Source: a virus
Taxonomy: Duplodnaviria > Heunggongvirae > Uroviricota > Caudoviricetes
Virus record (IMG/VR): IMGVR_UViG_3300029705_000054
Span: 65,687 to 129,686 of that record
Length of the DNA stretch: 64,000 bases
Strand: one strand, 5' to 3'
A program made the translations under genes and the position numbers. Below the pieces are notes generated by a model. It was not told the DNA's origin and did no database searches. It worked only from the letters and a program-made list of their open reading frames with translations. Below are positions 30,743 to 41,987 of the stretch, piece after piece (position 1 is the stretch's first letter; each line of letters starts with the position of its first letter).

Positions 30743-32098
30743 TCAACCTCCTATTGACTCCAACTTAAACATGTCATACTAAGGAGCAACTTCTGTCGCA
30801 GTGCAAGAAAAGGAGTAAATTGAGCGCCAAAGCGTCTTCTCAGGGGTCAATGAAATGTTAGATAAATAAACAAAAATATTACCCTCTTGAGTTGATTTAA
30901 ACAATTTAATATCTGGTGTATAAAGAAAGTCTAAAACCTTATCGCGATATTTACGTTCATTAATTACATGATTATCATATGAATCATCGGATAATAATGT
31001 AATTTCATTAAGTAAAGATCTATCATCAGTTAAATCTTCGCCTTCGTAGGAAATCATACCATTAATAGTAAAAGTGCGATATTTTTGTGCGCCGTTGCGT
31101 CTTACAAATGGATAGGCGCCCCCTAATGTGGCAGTGATTACATCTGCTACGTTGCGTTTATAGCTAGATATATCTGGATTAAATCTAATACGTAATGTTT
31201 TATTTTTAGACAATAAAAACATATCATCAAAGACTTTATTTATCACGATATGAGGTTCATTTATAACAGAGGCATCAGGGTTATTATAGTAATAAACATC
31301 ATGAGAACCTTCTAAAAGATAATCGGTTATATCAGTATCAGTGCCTAAACTGTGTTCTTGTTCGTCTATTTTCTTATATATCTCATAACCATTAGGATTA
31401 GATATTTTAATACTATATTCTTTTTCAAAAGAATAAGTAATGGGCGCCAAAGATTCGTTTGATGCCGTCCATTCTCTTAAGCCAGATCCAGAATATACAT
31501 ATCCTTTAAAAGTTTTATAAGTATATTGATAATTAATAGCGGTTCCAACTAAATTATATGATAAAATAAACTTAAAATCTGTAGGTAGAGAAGAATAAAA
31601 TTCCTAAGTTTTTCCCGCACAAGTAAATGCAAAATAAGTAATAAAATCTTCCTCAGATAAACTATCTTGTCCTGTTATAGATATTGTATTATTACGACCA
31701 ATATTCGTCCAACTTATATCTAAACTAGGAATTTGAGTCAAATAATTAAATCTCACTCCAGTACTCGCTTCTGAGTGTAAAGATTTATTATTAGTATTTT
31801 TTAACCAATCCTTCCATCCTTCTACAGGAGTAGTAGAAACAGAAGTGTCTATTAAATATAGATAAATAAGTATATCTTTAAAACCATCTATATAATTAGC
31901 TTTAATACTATTATTAGAACTGGTTAAAAGTTGCCAATCTATGTTGCCAGTTTCAATGTCTTCTTGTTTTATTAAAATTTTATCTTTGTTAGAGATTATT
32001 TTGTTTATTAAATTAAAATAAACAGTTATACCCTAATTAGTGAAAACTGTTCCTTTTGCAGTATCAATAATAGGTGGATAAAGTGTTTGTGTTGCCAT
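30743..32098 (-). CDS. putative distal tail protein (451 aa, multiple TAG)
   Basis: MATQTLYPPIID...; ORF 30779-31450 in frame (TLGGAYPFVRRNG, KLFKSTQEGNI); ends TGA. Confidence 0.6.
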
Positions 32099-32128
32099 AA
32101 TCTTTTTCTCCTTTTATCTCCATATATC

Positions 32129-32635
32129 TTATTCCTATTCATGAATATCTGATATAGCAACTACGGTTACTGTGGGAAGGGCGCGAAGCTCGTCCATAAG
32201 CTTCTTAGCCCAACTGTTGCCGCCTTCTTCTTTATAAATAGCATATCTTTCTTCAAGTAAATCTAAAGTGTAGTTATCAATACATCCTAATCTAATCCAC
32301 TTTTCATGCTATTCTTTTATCCATGTTTTGATTGCTAATCTATCAGATTTACGCAAACGAGTTAACTCTTTACTTTGCGCTTCATTAATTTTTTTCATTT
32401 CAATTAAGTTATCTTCTAATAACTTAATTCTGTCTTCATGCTTCACGAGACGCGCCTCTTTTTGCTCAGTTTCCGCTTCTATCTTTTTACCTTTTTGGAT
32501 ATTTTCTTCTTTAAACTTCTCTCTTGTAGACCATATTTTTTTACACCAAGAGATAAAATTAACAATGGCTGGAATCGCAATTAATAAAATAATAATTACA
32601 GTACCAGCACCAAATGTTCCAATTAATTCAGCCAT
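32129..32635 (-). CDS. holin-like membrane protein (2 TAG)
   Basis: N-terminal TM segment and coiled coil; after TAG 32309: ERYAIYKEEGGNSWAKKLMDELRALP; RBS AAAGGAGG. Confidence 0.5.
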
Positions 32636-32671
32636 GTAGGAATTCCTCCTTTCCCAGTAATTCTCTAATTA

Positions 32672-32711
32672 TATATTAAAATTCATTAAATGAGATTAAC
32701 TTAAAATGACC
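32672..32711 (-). promoter_or_regulatory. bipartite phage promoter-like motif
   Basis: GGTCAT-N28-AATATA, just past a terminator. Confidence 0.55.
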
Positions 32712-32718
32712 AAAAAAA

Positions 32719-32745
32719 GAAAGGCGCTAACTATTAGCGCCTTTC
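32719..32745 (-). terminator. intrinsic terminator
   Basis: GAAAGGCGCTAA-N3-TTAGCGCCTTTC with a U-tract on the minus strand. Confidence 0.75.
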
Positions 32746-32763
32746 AAATATCTGTTTAATTTA

Positions 32764-34278
32764 TTATATAACAGTAGATGCTGTTCCGCAATTAAAGATG
32801 AAAACTTCGTCAGAGAGATCATCAGAAGTAATCTTATCTGCCTTTGCGCGATATGTAGTAGCCACATCTGCGCTCTTTGCATAATCTTCAATACCAAGAG
32901 CTGCAATCTGGTTCTCAGTTTCAGTCTTTGCCGCAGCAATAGCTCTACCTTCTGCGCCAATAGGCTCATAAGTTTGAGCAAGGTTTAAAGCGTCAACAAT
33001 ACCTTGAGCAGTACCTTTTGTCTCATACTTGCCCGCAGCATCTGCGATAGCAGCCGCCTGTGCATCAGCAGCAGCACCCTTAGCATCATAAACATTGCTA
33101 AGCTTTGCAATCTCTGTATCGGTATAACCTTTAGCAGTAGCCTCTGCAGCAGCTTGTGCACCAATAGGCTCGTAAATGGTAGATGCATCTGTTTTCTTTA
33201 AGTAATCTGCCTCCGCGGTAGCTGTAGGAAGTGCAGCATCAGCCTTTGCCTGAGCTGCAGCTGCGGCCGCCTCATTCGCATTTACCTTTTCAACAAGCTG
33301 AGCAGTAGCAGTTTCATCAGCCTTTAAGAAATTCTGAATCTCTAAGAAAGAGTTATAAGCTTCATCGACTTCTCCACCCATGATAGCTTGAATTTGGGTA
33401 TCAGTATAGTCCTTAGCATCGGTTAATGCTTGATCAGCACTGCCTTTTGCATCAAAAGCAGCATCTGCCTCGGTTTTAGTATATCTATCAGCAAGAGCTG
33501 TCTCAACCTCAGTCTTAACTGCAGCCGCATCAGCTGTTGCTTTTACTGCTGCAAGAGCTGCGTCATTAGAAGTTTGATATCCTGCAAGATCGTTTGCAAC
33601 CTTCTGAACATTCTCTTTTGTTTCAAAGTTGGCAATATCAGCAGATTTTACATAATCACCCTCGATAACGCCAAGTCTACGATCCTGTTCCGCATCAATT
33701 GCTTGTTGCGCAGCTGTTGTTGTATAGCTTGCAAATTTTGCATCTACTGCGCTGATTTGACCAGGGAGTGTTGTTTCGACAGCAGTCTCTACTGCATCAA
33801 CTCTACCTTCAAGAGCAGATACGTCAAGGTCCGAAATAGACTGACTGATTTCCTCAATCTTGCCATCAATTTCATCTTTTGTATAGTAACTTCCAAGAGC
33901 CGTTGTAAGTTCTGCTGGAGTTACAACATCTAATCTATGAAGAACGAGTTTGTCATTCTCCCAAGTTACATCAGAAAGAACCTCTCCCTCTCCTTCGTCT
34001 ACTACTTCAATTCCGCTCTTCTTTGCCCATGCATAAACATCAGCTGCAATAGCAGACATAAAGGGAAGCTCTTTAAAAGTTTTGGTAGAATTCTCTACAT
34101 TTTCACCTACTTTTAAAAGAGCAGTAGGAACATGAATAATATTGCCCTTGGCATCAGTGGTTGTAACATCTACATATGCTATACCAACTTCACCTGGCTT
34201 AAGAACTATAGAGGATTCATTCCAATTAGTTAAGCTATCATGCTTAAGCATGATACGAGTATTAATTTGTTTCGCCAT
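32764..34278 (-). CDS. fibre-like protein with Mtd_N-like N-terminus and Ala-rich coiled repeats
   Basis: W...SIVLKPGEVGI...LKVG...FKELPF; repeats FDAKGSA, YDAKGAA, YETKGTA and YEPIGA (x2); no TAG. Confidence 0.65.
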   Translation of the reverse strand: MAKQINTRIMLKHDSLTNWNESSIVLKPGEVGIAYVDVTTTDAKGNIIHVPTALLKVGENVENSTKTFKELPFMSAIAADVYAWAKKSGIEVVDEGEGEVLSDVTWENDKLVLHRLDVVTPAELTTALGSYYTKDEIDGKIEEISQSISDLDVSALEGRVDAVETAVETTLPGQISAVDAKFASYTTTAAQQAIDAEQDRRLGVIEGDYVKSADIANFETKENVQKVANDLAGYQTSNDAALAAVKATADAAAVKTEVETALADRYTKTEADAAFDAKGSADQALTDAKDYTDTQIQAIMGGEVDEAYNSFLEIQNFLKADETATAQLVEKVNANEAAAAAAQAKADAALPTATAEADYLKKTDASTIYEPIGAQAAAEATAKGYTDTEIAKLSNVYDAKGAAADAQAAAIADAAGKYETKGTAQGIVDALNLAQTYEPIGAEGRAIAAAKTETENQIAALGIEDYAKSADVATTYRAKADKITSDDLSDEVFIFNCGTASTVI

Positions 34279-34372
34279 AATTTTAAAATCTCCTTTAAAT
34301 TATGAATTTATTTAATCGGCGCCAAAGGTCACCCTAAGGCGTCTTATATTTTATATATTAAGTGGCTTATAA

Positions 34373-35239
34373 TTAAGCCTTGGCGCTACCGCCATTAAGA
34401 ATAAGCTCTTCGACCCCTTGGACTAATATATCTGTGCTTATAGTTTTTACACTACCAACATTGCTAGTTGCATCAACATAAACTGCATTTGTAACTGCTT
34501 TCCCGTCAACATCAGCCGCAGACTTAACTCCACCAAGAGTTTCAGCAGTAGCTGCAGGAAGTTCATAAGTAGGAATTGCTGCAATAGCATCATCAACATA
34601 TGCCTTAACTGTTGCTTTTTCACCATCGCCGCCAATGCCTGCAAGAATATCACTATGCTTATTGATAATAGGAAGAACTTCTGTCTCAAGAGTAGTAAGT
34701 CTACCTTTAATTGCGCTAATGTCAGATGTATTAGTAGCAATTGCGCCATTGGTTAACGCTGCAATTGCGTCATTCGCTGTCTTCGCATCGGCAACACCTT
34801 TATTAGCCTGAGTTTGCGCTTCTGCAATTAAGCTATAAAGCGTATCGCCTTCATCATTTTGTCCCTCACCAGGAGTTCCAATCTTACCATTGATAGCAGC
34901 AACTACCGCATCGTTAGTCTCTTTATAAGAATTTAATTGACCTAGAACCTCACCAGCAGACTCGCCGTCCATGGTTGAGTCAGACATTTTAAGCCAAGCA
35001 TCTTCATTAAAATAATTTACATCGTCTAAGAGCATATAAATACCATTGTTTTTAGGCTCAATGTCAGTTGCAACTGCAACTATCATACCTTTATAAATCC
35101 ACAATTCGTTATTTATAGCCCATGTATTTGCCGCAAATAAATCTGCTTTAGTTTCAACCAAAGCCCGCGCATCGAATGGGGCAGCTTTTTGCGGCTCATA
35201 ATTAGCTGAGACTAGAAATGTACCTTTTTCTCTTGCCAT
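34373..35239 (-). CDS. putative fibre-associated virion protein
   Basis: PFDARALVETKADL...YKGMIV...NGIYML; LPAATAETLGGVK repeat motif; no TAG. Confidence 0.55.
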   Translation of the reverse strand: MAREKGTFLVSANYEPQKAAPFDARALVETKADLFAANTWAINNELWIYKGMIVAVATDIEPKNNGIYMLLDDVNYFNEDAWLKMSDSTMDGESAGEVLGQLNSYKETNDAVVAAINGKIGTPGEGQNDEGDTLYSLIAEAQTQANKGVADAKTANDAIAALTNGAIATNTSDISAIKGRLTTLETEVLPIINKHSDILAGIGGDGEKATVKAYVDDAIAAIPTYELPAATAETLGGVKSAADVDGKAVTNAVYVDATSNVGSVKTISTDILVQGVEELILNGGSAKA

Positions 35240-35257
35240 ATCTTATCTATACCCCTT

Positions 35258-36145
35258 TCACTCTACGTAAATACGCAATTCTCTATTACCAGTCTTAGAA
35301 CCATTATGAGTATATACCATATAGTCATCAGACTAATCTAAGGAGTCTCCTTCAATTAAAGATGTATCAAAAGTAGCTAATGATGCTTCAGGACTACCTC
35401 CAATCCATTGCCATGTTTGAGTCATTGTCTCAAATTGTTTAATACCAATAACTTTTAAATTAGCATTAACTGCAAAAGATTGCTTTGTATTTCCTGTTTC
35501 TATTAATAATTCAACTTCGTATCCGGCGCCATTTTCATCTTCAAACCAAGTAAAATCTAACTCTTTACCATCAGCAGTATATATTTGATGGGTACCGACA
35601 ATAGTAAAGCTTGTCGTTAAATAACCTGCAGATAAAGGTAAATCAAAAGGCTATCCAATACTGTTTAATGGCTGTTCTCCTTCTGCATAATAAACAGTGC
35701 AGTTTATTATATTTTCACCTGCAATAGGTATTAAATCAATGGTGAAAGTAGCAGAAGGGACTTCAATATCATTTATTGTATATGATAATGGGGCGCCCGC
35801 GCGATACCCTGAGGTACCATAGGCAGGCGATATTGCGCCTCGATCAAAAACTAGAGTTCCATTAATAGTAACGGGTTTTCCAGCAACAGCTGTTAATCCT
35901 GAGGTAACTTCAACTGCTAAACTAGGATTCGTAAGGGTGGGACTTACTACGCCGTAAAGCATCATTAAAAGAATCTCTTCAGATGTTTTGCCTTCAAGCT
36001 GCTTAGGGTCCGTAATGGCGCCAACTGGATAAAATGTCGCGCCTTCTGGGACTGCGCCCATCACAGGTAGTTTATCTGAAGAAATTCGTCCATCTGAACC
36101 AATAAGCGAAGTCGCAAGACCTCTTGCAATAATATCTATCGCCAT
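35258..36145 (-). CDS. putative virion protein (295 aa, 2 TAG)
   Basis: ORF 35651-36145 continues through TAG to TGA 35258. Confidence 0.6.
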
Positions 36146-36146
36146 C

Positions 36147-36485
36147 TTACGTCTCCTCCGTGCTTATCATTTGTCCAAAAATAGAAACATTTCCTTCTAC
36201 TGATTCTATTCGTACGCGTACTTCACGAATACCGACTACGCCAATCTCATAGATACCAGCTTTTGTAAACACTCCTCGGTGGGCAGAGAAGTCACTTAAG
36301 CTAATACCTGCGAGCGCAAACCAGTCACCCATAGAATTATTGCGTCCTTCAAGATAATACTTACCATTAGCGCCACTTATTTGCAGCGTTAAGGTGTCGC
36401 TTGCCGCATTAGAAAATGTTTTTGATACAATAGGAGCACTGGCATTTTCAATAAAATTACAATTTTGTTGAATAACCATATTCAA
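36147..36485 (-). CDS. beta-rich hypothetical protein
   Basis: RBS AGGAGG; 112 aa; translationally coupled to the next gene. Confidence 0.6.
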   Translation of the reverse strand: MNMVIQQNCNFIENASAPIVSKTFSNAASDTLTLQISGANGKYYLEGRNNSMGDWFALAGISLSDFSAHRGVFTKAGIYEIGVVGIREVRVRIESVEGNVSIFGQMISTEET

Positions 36486-36505
36486 TAACCTCCTATCTTA
36501 AAATT

Positions 36506-36536
36506 CAAAGAGAGAAATAAATTATTTCTCTCTTTG
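36506..36536. repeat. 15-bp perfect inverted repeat, 1-nt spacer
   Basis: CAAAGAGAGAAATAA-A-TTATTTCTCTCTTTG, between the promoter-like motif and the RBS. Confidence 0.8.
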
Positions 36537-36544
36537 TCTATAAA

Positions 36545-36584
36545 TATATAAAAACTAAAATAATTCGATTAAATCATTTTGATA
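36545..36584 (-). promoter_or_regulatory. bipartite phage promoter-like motif
   Basis: TATCAA-N28-TATATA. Confidence 0.55.
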
Positions 36585-36594
36585 AGAATTTTAA

Positions 36595-36882
36595 TCAGCA
36601 ATCTGTAGCGCCTTCAAAGAATTTAAGTTCTTTTAACTTTTGATAAATGAGAATTAAGGCGCCATAATGGTCAACTTCATACCATTCAGCCTAAATAATA
36701 AAACTAGCACTTGCATATATATCATGAATATCTGCTCGACGCGACTCTTCTGAGAGATAGGAATCAACAACTACAGAAAAAATATGCTGTTTTTCTTCCT
36801 ATGAGCTTAAATGCAAATTACTAATACGATGATAGTGCGTTACTACTCCATTCTGCTAAATTATTGGTTTTTGTAAAGCCAT
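36595..36882 (-). CDS. small tail-fibre-associated protein (3 TAG; not in ORF track)
   Basis: MALQKPII*QNGVVTHYHRI...Y.KLK....FEGATDC; RBS AAAGGAG; ends TGA. Confidence 0.65.
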
Positions 36883-36900
36883 TATTAATTCTCCTTTCAG

Positions 36901-36940
36901 ATAATTACTTCATTGGTTATTTAACCAATGAAGTAATTAT
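36901..36940. repeat. 19-bp perfect inverted repeat, 2-nt spacer, spanning the tail fibre stop codon
   Basis: ATAATTACTTCATTGGTTA-TT-TAACCAATGAAGTAATTAT. Confidence 0.85.
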
Positions 36941-39900
36941 ATCTTTTAAATTCTAAACTTCTTGTTCAAGTGCCGTGATACGTTTTTTAGCTTTTTGAAT
37001 TTGCCATGTATTCAGCGAAACAATTTCTCCATAACGAATACCCCAAGTACCACCGTCATAGGCTGGCTTGCATACTGCAGCAAAATCTTGCAATGTTAAG
37101 CCTGCATCTTCGATCGCCTGTGCCATTGGTTGTGCAATAAAACCAGTATGATATCTGTCTGAGGTTCCATCATTATATTTATAAATAACAGGTTCAAAAT
37201 TATCATAAGCTTCTTCGTACTAAAAAGGAATAGCTTGAATCGAATTTTTTATTCTCTAGTCACTACCTGTTGAATTTACAGTTTGAGCAAATAAATTACC
37301 ATTATAGTCTAAAAAGGCAAGAGGATCGCCATTTGAACCTGTAAGTAAAAAAACTGTCTTTTCATCAGCTTTCCTTTTAATAAGCGTCCATGACCATGAA
37401 GAATAAACTGTTTGATTAAGAATAACTGTAAAATATTCCCCTGGCTATATTATTATATTTCCACTGTTAGGATCTTCTTTTAAAGCAGTAGCTGTAGAAA
37501 ATATGGTTGGATAACCACTTTCAATATATTTTAAACTTGTACCAAAGGGAGTCGCGCCATTGTCAGAACCGTTTTGAAAATATAAGCCATCGAATATAAT
37601 CCAGTCACCATAGTAGATGTCACCAGATAAATTTCCAGTAGAATAATATAAATGTCGAGGAAGTACGGCAAAAGAATAAGTAGAAAAAACATTATCAACA
37701 AATATGTCAATTTTTACTGTTTTAACATTTAGTTCCGCTCCATATGTAAATGTTATATACTAAAAATCTCCTTCATTACGTATACTAACTGTAAAATTGT
37801 AACCATACTGCGCATTAAACTCGTCTACCGAAAGACCATTGAACGAAAATCTTGCTGATGCTTTTAACATATATTCTTCCTTTTCTATAAGTACTCCCAA
37901 ATCTTCTAATTTTATGCTATCTTTAATATCTGAAGGAATATTAAAAGAGCTAAGTAACTATAATAAAGGATAATCATAACTACCAATGCCAGTACTATTT
38001 AAACTAAATATTGAGCCAGATGCTAATTTGGGACTGTATAATCCATTTGGACCGATATTCCAACCACCAATATATCCATTTTCTGTAGTAATAGTACCTT
38101 TAATATCTACGGCGCTCGCATACAGGCTACCGTCTGCTAATAACTAAAAAGTATAGTTGCTTGAGCTAGTACTACTACTTGCAGTTAAATTAGCACTACT
38201 CGTAGTTGTATTTGGTATAGTCTAATAAGTATGAACAGTATATCCAATAGTTATCTAAGCATCTGAAGAGGTTGGATTACTATAATAGACAGTAATCTAC
38301 TTAGTATCAGGATTATATTCAATAGAAGTAATATAAGAACCCCCTTCTCCTTCTATTGAGTTTAATATAAACGTACTATCTACACCTTCATGTAAAAATT
38401 GTTTTGCTTCAGTCTTCTAAGCTGACAGAGTTATGCTTTTCTCTTTCGAAACTAAAACTGTTATAGTAGTAGAATCTCCACTACCACCATTATCATCGCC
38501 ACCGCTATTATCACCATCACCGCTGCCACCTCCACCGCTTCCGCCTACAACTATACGGTGCGGTGAGTTTCCTCCACCTAAAAGTGATATTCCCATACTA
38601 CTATCGTCTGATATAAGGGAGAAACTCTCATTCTCAACACTAATACTATTTTCATCAATTTTCCAACCACCAATATAGCCTAACTTTGCTGACATACTAC
38701 CATCTGCTGTTACTTCATACGTAGGCTTTGTCATTCCAGAGAAATCATAATTCTTATATATGACTACTACTTTTAAAATCAGACCGCCGCTTAAACCAGC
38801 TGTATTATTTATCTAACCAGTGCATTCAATTTTATTTTGTTTTGGCTCTTTCCATTCAAAGCTATATACATTTTTATTTAATAACTACCAAGAAGCTTCT
38901 TGTTCACCATTATTAATATTAATCTATTTATAATATAGTGTTAACTATGGATTAAACACGTTAGATAACCAAGTTTGAAAATTAGTATAAGAAAACACCT
39001 ATTCTCCAATTTTACCTTCATAAGGCATTGAATATGGTCTACCTTTAAATCTAAAAGAAAATTTAAATTTATGAGTATCGTCTGTTGTAATAATAACATT
39101 TTCCCTATCGCTATCCCACTCTATTCCACTTATAATATTTTCCCAAGCTATAGTACCTCCAGAAGCAAAACGCTATTCTCCAGAGGTAGAAACCATTGCT
39201 GATTTACTATCTCCATCGTCTTTGTAAATGCCATAGTCATTTATACTCCAACCGCCAATTTCGGCGGCAAGCGCATTAAGATTATCAACATTTATTTTAT
39301 CAGCGCTAATGGATCCAGTATAAATTTTTGAACCATCAATTAAAGTTTTATTTTCACTTACTGCCCAGTCTCTTAAAGCCATTTCAGAACTATCAACTCT
39401 TGGATCGGTAAAATCATATGTTCCATTACTAAAATATATTTTTTCTCGATACCAAATATATAAAATACCTGAAAGTTGAACGACTTTATCAAGAGATGTA
39501 GACCAACCACCTGGAACTAAACTCTTTTCTGTCTCACTGTTCTCAATAGCATCTGATTCTATATCCGGCTAAGCTGAAGTTAAAGTTCCTGCGTACTATG
39601 GCTCTATTTTATCAACTGTAATAATAAAACTTAAAGTTTCGGTATCCCATTCTTTAGCAGTTGTATTTAATTGGTCAGCTACTTTTAAAGTAAAGATTAT
39701 ATTTTCGGCAGTTTTCAAATCATTTTCTGTAATAGAGTATTGAAAATAACGTATTTTAGTCTAGTCTGTTTCACCCTCGACTAATGATGTTATTGTTCTA
39801 CTACCATTTATTTCGATACTAGGCGCTATCTTTGAGTTATTGATATCTTGTATTAAAATAGGAGTTGATATTCCGGCTTCATTTTTATAAACGTCTAAAC

Positions 39901-41881
39901 GCACTTTTGGAAGTTTAGACGAATCAATTAGCATTTCAGAAGTAATAGTAATCTATTTCTTATCAGGAACTAAAGTATAACTAACTTGAGCTGCATTACA
40001 AATTATTGTAATAGTTTTAGTTCCTATCAATGGAGGATCTGTAGCGGTGGTTTCACCTTGATAAACCTCAACTTTATAAACAACCTATCCAATAGCCATA
40101 TTTTCAATATCCAAAGTAAATATACCATTTTCAATATTCTTATTAGAAGATAAATTAGAATTTATTATATTAGAATCAGTACCTTTATACCATTTACAAA
40201 AATAATTTGTGACTGTATCTGCAACCCCGCCTTTATTGACTGTAATTATAATAGAGCCTATTGAGGCAGGACTTATATTGCCAATGCTTGACTTAATAAA
40301 AGTTAAAGTCTCAACATTAGATTGTATTGAAATCGCCGGCGCGCCAGGTGTTCCGTCTGCGCCACTTATATTAATAATAGAAACCAACTTTAATCCGTTA
40401 ATATAAATTCGCTCTATTTTTTGCCAAATATATTTATCATTTTCTTTTTCTGGCATTTCATTTTGCCAACCGTCAGTATCTTCTTTAGGCTCTTTTTTTG
40501 AAGATAAATACTAAATACTAAAAGAAATCATACTTTTTTCAAGCGCCTACTTGTTAAAGACTGATATCGAAGCTTCACCCACATATTCAACATTCTTATA
40601 AACGACAAATAAATACTCATCTTGATCCACAATATCTGCATTCTGAACTATAAGTGAAGCATCCGTCTTACCAAACTATTCGCTCCATTCTCCACCTAAT
40701 GTATCGGCTTTATACCAAGAGTAAGTATAACCCTCTCCAGGACTACCTATTAATATAACATTATCATCAAGATAATAATCCTTATTCTATTGAGAAGAGC
40801 TAACAATAACGTCAATCTTTGACGCCGCTAAATTACGAACAGTAAACTCTTTTTCGAAATCCTCTCCATTGTATCTAATAACAACTTTAAATTTTCTTGT
40901 TTGATTAAAAATCCAATCGCGTTGAATACTAAATGTAGTTTCTGTACCTGGAGCTATTTTTTGAATCCAAGTGTCTGCACCATTATATGCATAAAGTGCA
41001 TACGTTACATTACTATTATCAAAAGCCTAGCTAAAACCTGCATCTTTAAACTATAAATAGGCGCTGACCTAGATTGAATCAACATCATTCTAGACAAAAG
41101 TTAACCCATCACGCGCCTTGATAATAACCTCAAACAAATCAGAAGTTTCTTTCTTTTTGGCGCAATAAATGTTGATATTAGATACTTTGTCTCCTTCCTC
41201 AAGACCCTTTAACACAACTTTGGTAATAGTATAGATTCTACCTTCTGTTTTTATAAATTCACTAACCTAAGCAACTTCTTTTTGAATTAAAGAAGTCTAT
41301 AAAAATGATAGAGTTATTAGAATCTCTTTCGCGGGCTTTGAGTCATCTTTTATAGTAACCACCAATGCTCTATTTTTCGTAGAAGCTATTGCCGAAGTAT
41401 AATTTAAACTTAAAACTATATGGTCAAAATCTTCTTCGTTTAAACTAACATTTAAATTATTTATTTCTTCTTTAGAAATAATCGAATCATCAGGCACCTC
41501 TATATCATATAATACTAATTCTTGCGGGGAATAATCAAATTCTTCATCAATAGAAAGCACAGTTCCTTTTCTAGTATATGATTTTGATATTTTTTGAGTT
41601 TCTGTCAATGTATTAGAAATAATTTTCTCTAAAATAAAACATTGCTCTCCGCTTATTGTATTAGTATTATCTACTCCTAGTCTAACTAAATCGCCTTCTG
41701 CCAAACTCAAAGGAGTATTAACGGTTCTTATATTTCCTTCATACCGCACTTTATAAACGTATTGTCCATCAATATATGCAGTGCAATTTACGATTTCACC
41801 AGTAACAACTCTCCAAGTTGAATTAGTATTGGCTATTTTTTCAATAGCTTGAAATAAATTATCAGCATATTTATTACTCAT
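36917..41881 (-). CDS. large tail fibre/receptor-binding protein with C-terminal S74 intramolecular chaperone (~1654 aa, many TAG)
   Basis: ORFs 41297-41881, 40085-40456, 39173-39382 and 38417-38734 share one frame; three (G/E)(Y)IGGW.I repeats; SD*RIKNSI...HTGFIAQ...IRYGEIV...coiled coil. Confidence 0.75.
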
Positions 41882-41913
41882 AAATTATTATACCTCCTTT
41901 TTTCTCTTCTAAA

Positions 41914-41953
41914 AATATAAAAATTATAATAAATAAATTAAATAGAAATGCCC
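41914..41953 (-). promoter_or_regulatory. bipartite phage promoter-like motif
   Basis: GGGCAT-N28-TATATT, just past a terminator. Confidence 0.55.
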
Positions 41954-41954
41954 A

Positions 41955-41984
41955 AAGGCGGCTAAAGTTGCCCTTAGCCGCCTT
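41955..41984 (-). terminator. terminator after the tape measure gene
   Basis: AAGGCGGCTAA...TTAGCCGCCTT hairpin. Confidence 0.7.
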
Positions 41985-41987
41985 ATT

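Noticed and set aside
33430-33933. Long opposite-strand ORFs (also 890-1147, 18233-18595, 58965-59669, 61113-61424)
   Set aside because: Shadows of well-supported genes, with no RBS or recognisable motifs.
32764-34278. Diversity-generating retroelement suggested by the Mtd_N-like domain
   Set aside because: No reverse transcriptase, template/variable repeat pair or C-type lectin variable domain seen in the window.
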